NCBI GenBank assembly: GCA_963692865.2
Contig: OY843592.1
Coordinates: 3,264,001-3,328,000, forward strand
From: a bacterium
Lineage (GTDB): Bacteria; UBA8248
Length of the DNA: 64,000 nt
Reading direction: 5' to 3'
The position numbers were made by a program, and so were the translations under genes. Each line of letters opens with the position of its first letter. The first letter of the stretch is position 1. This document shows positions 59,853 to 64,000 of this stretch, piece after piece. Under the pieces are notes generated by a model. The model had not been told where the DNA came from, made no database searches, and worked only from the letters and a program-made list of their open reading frames with translations.

Positions 59853-61031
59853 TTGCCGAAAAGAAAACCGGGCAACTCCTTCATGGGCTACAGGCGGCCT
59901 AGCGGGCCCCCCGGCGCGCGGAACCACCTCGTCGTCGTGAGCGCGATGGACAACGCCAACCCCCTCGCGCGGCGGATCGGGAAACTCGTGCGCGAGGCGG
60001 TCGTCGTGAACACGACGTTCGGCAGAAACCTCTTCGGCGAGGACGAGCGGCAGCACTACCGGGTGATGGGCCGCACGGCGGGCCACCCGAACGTGGGCGC
60101 GGCCATCGTCGTGAGCCTGGAGCCCAAAAGCGCGCGGGACGTGGCCGACGTTGCGGCGGAAGCATCGCCCTGGATGCCTATCGAGACCCTCACCATCCAC
60201 GAGACGGGCGGCACGCTCCGGACGGCGAACCGGGGGGTGGAGATCGCCCAGAAGCTGTACCGGCGCCTGAGCGCGGCGAGGCGCGGACGGTGCGATCTCT
60301 CCGAGATCACGCTGGGCACGGAATGCGGGGGCTCCGACACCACGAGCGGTCTCGTGGCGAACCCTGTCACCGGGGTGCTCGCGGACAGGATCGTGGACGC
60401 AGGGGGCGTCGTGCTTTTTTCCGAGACCATGGAGATCGTCGGCGCGGAGCACCTTCTCGCAAAGCGGGCGGCCAGCCCGAAAGTGCGCAAGAAACTGCTC
60501 GGAGCGGTTGCGCGCACGATGGACTACGCACATGAGATGGGGATGGACATCATCGGCTGCAACCCGACGGAGGACAACATCCAGGGCGGACTCTCCTCGA
60601 TTGAGGAGAAAAGCCTGGGCGCGGTGAAAAAAGCGGGTACGCGCGATATCGCCGACGTCATCGTTCCGGGCGAGCGCACGAAAGAGCGCGGCTGCGTGTT
60701 CCTGGACGCGCCGAGCGCGGGCGTCGAGAACGTAACGGCGCTGGCGGCGTGCGGGTCGCAGGCCATCGTCTTCAACACGGGAAACGGAAACCCCATCGGC
60801 CACCCCGTCTCCCCCACCATCAAGGTGACGGCGAATCCCCGCACGGCGGCGCGCATGGCGGAGAACACCGACCTCGACATCAGCGGCGTCATGCGCGGCG
60901 AGCTCTCGAGGGATGAGGCCGTGGACCTCCTGCACGAGGAGTTGACGGCCGTCTTGAGCGGCAAGCGAACGCGGGCGGAAATTCTCGAAGAAACGGAAAT
61001 CACCGTGAGCCGCCTGGCGCTTAACTTATAG
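59853..61031 (+). CDS. UxaA/GarD-family dehydratase catalytic subunit (SuyB-like, no SAF domain)
   Basis: FMGYRR..G..G.RN, HPNVG, ECGGSDTTSG..ANP, GGLSSIEEKSLG; TTG start after AGGAG. Confidence 0.88.
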   Translation: MPKRKPGNSFMGYRRPSGPPGARNHLVVVSAMDNANPLARRIGKLVREAVVVNTTFGRNLFGEDERQHYRVMGRTAGHPNVGAAIVVSLEPKSARDVADVAAEASPWMPIETLTIHETGGTLRTANRGVEIAQKLYRRLSAARRGRCDLSEITLGTECGGSDTTSGLVANPVTGVLADRIVDAGGVVLFSETMEIVGAEHLLAKRAASPKVRKKLLGAVARTMDYAHEMGMDIIGCNPTEDNIQGGLSSIEEKSLGAVKKAGTRDIADVIVPGERTKERGCVFLDAPSAGVENVTALAACGSQAIVFNTGNGNPIGHPVSPTIKVTANPRTAARMAENTDLDISGVMRGELSRDEAVDLLHEELTAVLSGKRTRAEILEETEITVSRLALNL

Positions 61032-61173
61032 GGGAATGATATACATGACTCGGCGGCGGGATTCCGGGTTCTGAAATCGAAAAGAAAAGACATAATTATT
61101 CCCCTTTTGAGGGGGTTATTGAATAAACTCGATTTCGTGATTTGGCGTGTGTAATCGACAGACGAGATACAAG

Positions 61174-61340
61174 AATCACTCCCCCCTTGAGGGGGAGTCG
61201 GCAAGACGAGGACGAAGTCCGAAGTCGCGCCGGTGGGGGGTAAAACGTGTTTGATCGCCATTTCGAATTATACCCCCCACCGAATCGCTTTCGGGCTTAC
61301 GCCCTCAGCTCTTCGACTCCCCCTCAAGGGGGGAGTGATT
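61174..61340. repeat. Module D palindromic element
   Basis: AATCACTCCCCCCTTGAGGGGGAGTCG ... CGACTCCCCCTCAAGGGGGGAGTGATT. Confidence 0.9.
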
Positions 61341-61511
61341 TTTCTCCCTCGTGTGTCGGCCACAACCCTCCAGGGCCGAGTGAGAAAACCCAGCATGAGG
61401 AAGCGGTTTTGGAGAAGGAAATATGAATTCACCGGCGGATTTTCATGAATTCAACGGAAAGAAAAAATCGTCATCTCAGGCACATCATTCCCATTGGAAA
61501 GGAGTTTTTTC

Positions 61512-62717
61512 ATGAACAGCGCCATCACCCCCGTTCCCGTGGATGGGGACTACGTCGTCGGACTCGCGCAGGAGTTGATCCGCATACCGGCTGAAAACCC
61601 GCCGGGGGACTGCTCGGACATGGCCGAGCGCATTCTCGCGGAACTCAAAACCATCGACGTAGGTGATATCACCACTTATGAGTACGAATCGGGAATGCCC
61701 AACTTCATCATCCAGGCGGGAGACGGCGGCCCGGGCGGGCATTTCGTCATCGGCGGCCACATGGACACCGTTCCCGTCCATCCCGAAGAAATCGACGCCT
61801 GGGAGGTCCCCCCCTTCAGCGGCGAACTGAAAGACGGCGAAATCTGGGGGCGCGGCGCCGCCGACATGAAGGGCGCGCTGGCGTCCACCATCGGCGCGTT
61901 CAAGGCCTTGAGGGATGAGAAAATCACGCTGAACGGAACGCTCACCTGGGTGCTGCTCTCGGACGGCGAGAAGGGCGACTACTACGGCGCGCAATCGCTG
62001 GTGAACCACGGAATCTTGAAAGAACTCGGCGGCGACATGGTGCTCTACACCGAATCGACGGGCAACAACATCATCCGCTCCTTCAAGGGGCGGGTGTTCT
62101 TCGAGGTCAAGGTGCGCGGACGCTCGGTGCACGTGAGCGTGCCCGAGAAGGGCGTCAACGCCATCGAGAAGATGGCCAGGATCATCGACGCCTTCAGGGC
62201 CGAGCGCATCGCGCCTCCCCCGCACCCCTTCCTCGGGCCGGGCACGCTCGCCTTCTCCACCATCAAGGGAGGCTCCGCGGTGAACGTCGTGGGCGGACGG
62301 TGCAGCGCCACCTTCGACGTGCGCATGCTGCCGGGGCAGACTTCCGCGGGCGTCAAGGAGAAACTGGAGGGCATTCTGGCCGAACTCGCGCAGGACGACC
62401 CCGAGTTCGACGCCTCGGTCGAGATCATGCCGAGCGGCGCGCGCGAGGTCACCGAAATCGCGGAAGAAGAACCCGTCGTACAACTCATGGAACGAGTCGT
62501 GCCCACCGTGCGCGGTACGCCGAACGAGTACCTGCCCGGCATCGAGTCTCCCGGCGCGCTCAGGCTCTTCATCGAGAACGGGATTCCGGGCGTCTTCTTC
62601 GGTCCCGGCGAGTTCATCTCCGAAGCCCATCTGCCGAACGAGCGCGTGCCCGCGAAGAACCTCATCGACGCCGCCGGCATGTTCGCCACCGCCGCTCGGG
62701 CGCACTGCAACGGGTGA
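61512..62717 (+). CDS. M20 metallo-hydrolase (ArgE/DapE family)
   Basis: GHMDTVP, GRGAADMKG, GVNAI, AHLPNE. Confidence 0.9.
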   Translation: MNSAITPVPVDGDYVVGLAQELIRIPAENPPGDCSDMAERILAELKTIDVGDITTYEYESGMPNFIIQAGDGGPGGHFVIGGHMDTVPVHPEEIDAWEVPPFSGELKDGEIWGRGAADMKGALASTIGAFKALRDEKITLNGTLTWVLLSDGEKGDYYGAQSLVNHGILKELGGDMVLYTESTGNNIIRSFKGRVFFEVKVRGRSVHVSVPEKGVNAIEKMARIIDAFRAERIAPPPHPFLGPGTLAFSTIKGGSAVNVVGGRCSATFDVRMLPGQTSAGVKEKLEGILAELAQDDPEFDASVEIMPSGAREVTEIAEEEPVVQLMERVVPTVRGTPNEYLPGIESPGALRLFIENGIPGVFFGPGEFISEAHLPNERVPAKNLIDAAGMFATAARAHCNG

Positions 62718-62754
62718 GGGGGGCAATTCATTTGCATCCGAATGAGGCCAAGAG

Positions 62755-63078
62755 CAGGGACAGGCCCCCCGTGCCTCTCCTGATGAGGAACAGCCGAGGG
62801 GGCAGGCATCGGCCCGCCGCCGTGAAAACACGATACTCGTATAGAGGCCGCATACGGGGTAATTGAAAACCCTCTTTCAAGAACGGGCGGACACTCGGGT
62901 CCGCCCCTACGCAAGGCGCGATGGCACTGTAGGGGAGGACCTGTGTGTCCTCCCACCTCCCCACTCCTCCTTGCCGTGAACCCTCCAACCCCCCTTGTCA
63001 GGGGGGCTTTGATTTTATCCCCCTGTTAAGGGGGAACAGGGGGGTGCTTTGCAGGGACAGGTCGCGACCTGTCCCTAC
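62755..63078. repeat. Cluster of GTAG-type REP arms and module E
   Basis: GGGCGGACACTCGGGTCCGCCCCTAC; GTAGGGGAGGACCTGTGTGTCCTCCC; CCCCCTTGTCAGGGGGG; AGGGACAGGTCGCGACCTGTCCCTAC. Confidence 0.8.
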
Positions 63079-63102
63079 GGGCTCGCAAGGCATCCCTCAA
63101 AC

Positions 63103-63137
63103 AAAAAAACCGGGGGAGCGTCACACACTCCCCCGGT
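63103..63137 (-). terminator. Rho-independent terminator
   Basis: ACCGGGGGAG-loop-CTCCCCCGG followed by T7 on the minus strand, just after the CMD gene. Confidence 0.85.
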
Positions 63138-63159
63138 CGAACCGCCTTCAGTCCTGCTT

Positions 63160-63537
63160 CTAATACCCCTCGTCGATCACCTCTTTGAGCTGCGTGCAGC
63201 CCGCCACGAGCGCCGTCATCCCGCAGGGGGGGAGCATGCACTCCAGGGCTTCCGTCGCCTCCTCGACGGTCGCGCCCAGTTGGAGCGCCTTTTTCAGGTG
63301 ATTCTTGATCCCCTCGGTGTCGGAGGGGTCGCGCGAGGCGCTCGCCACGGCGATGAAGAGCTCCTTGTACTTCTCGTGAAAGGGGCCCTGTTTCTTCATG
63401 ATGTGATTCTTCAGGTTCTCGTAGTTCTCCAGAAGTTCCGGGTCTACCTCGCAGAGGAGCTCGTACGCCGGGTAGATGAACCCGCGCGCCGCCTTCATCT
63501 CCTCGTACAAGGCCCTGCCCCGCTCGCTCATCGCCAT
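63160..63537 (-). CDS. Carboxymuconolactone decarboxylase/AhpD-fold protein
   Basis: KYKELFIAVA, HLKKALQLGATVEE. Confidence 0.82.
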   Translation of the reverse strand: MAMSERGRALYEEMKAARGFIYPAYELLCEVDPELLENYENLKNHIMKKQGPFHEKYKELFIAVASASRDPSDTEGIKNHLKKALQLGATVEEATEALECMLPPCGMTALVAGCTQLKEVIDEGY

Positions 63538-63581
63538 CTTGGATCCTCCTCAGGAAAACGCCCGCTCCGGGCGCAACACTC

Positions 63582-64000
63582 CTATGGATACACTTCCTTC
63601 TCGAGCACGGAAACCTCGTGACCGGGCAGGATGTATTCCTCCTTCGTGGCGCGCTCGATGCACTTGTGGATGGAGTCCATCGCGTCGCGCATGCTCGACA
63701 TCTGGCCGGCGGGAACGCGGCGCTCGAGGCCTTCGTTGATCTGGATGACGTCGGCGGCGATGACGTAGGTGCCCACGCGCGTCTCGACGGCGACCGAGCA
63801 ATGCCCCGGCGTGTGGCCCGGCGTGTGGAAATAGGTGACGCCCGGCACGATCTCGGTATTGTCCTTCCAGATGGGTTCGAAGATGATGCCCTGCTGCGCG
63901 ATCACCGGCCAGCGGGTGTTGGGGTGAATCGGCGCGTCATAGGGCTTCGCCTGCAGCGCGACCGGGCACATGGAGTATTGAAGCTCCTCCGCCCACACGT
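63582..64000 (-). CDS. Metallo-beta-lactamase-fold hydrolase (AHL-lactonase family), C-terminal part
   Basis: EIVPGV....TPGHTPGH, IAAD, ILPGH. Confidence 0.85.
   Translation of the reverse strand, partial: VWAEELQYSMCPVALQAKPYDAPIHPNTRWPVIAQQGIIFEPIWKDNTEIVPGVTYFHTPGHTPGHCSVAVETRVGTYVIAADVIQINEGLERRVPAGQMSSMRDAMDSIHKCIERATKEEYILPGHEVSVLEKEVYP

Overview
GC-rich bacterial chromosomal segment made mostly of catabolic and transport genes: two ABC importers (liv-type and dpp-type), an amidase, sulfatase, CoA-transferase, a form II CoxSLM-like molybdoenzyme, acyl-CoA enzymes, an aconitase-family pair, creatininase and M20/M24 hydrolases. It also carries one tRNA-Leu(TAA), a hicBA pair, a lower-GC GIY-YIG gene, a secreted ankyrin protein and a TbpB-like lipoprotein, which together suggest a marine host-associated lifestyle (inference). 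Highlights the ORF track misses: (1) a selenoprotein split by an in-frame UGA (D-U-G-S-C with a SECIS-like hairpin), stop/start-coupled to an uncharacterised partner gene that carries a +1 frameshift and has a paralog at 50.7 kb; (2) a Rieske/cytochrome b/octaheme HAO-like operon with reductive-type active-site residues; (3) a family of non-autonomous elements with IS-like ends (GGGGYTGTTGAAAAA) carrying shuffled palindromic modules, about 6 kb of the window; (4) a pseudogenised Fe/2OG enzyme with a halogenase-type HxG motif; (5) two genes sandwiched between an intact gene and a decayed copy of that gene's 5' end. All family calls come from motif recognition by eye; no searches were run.
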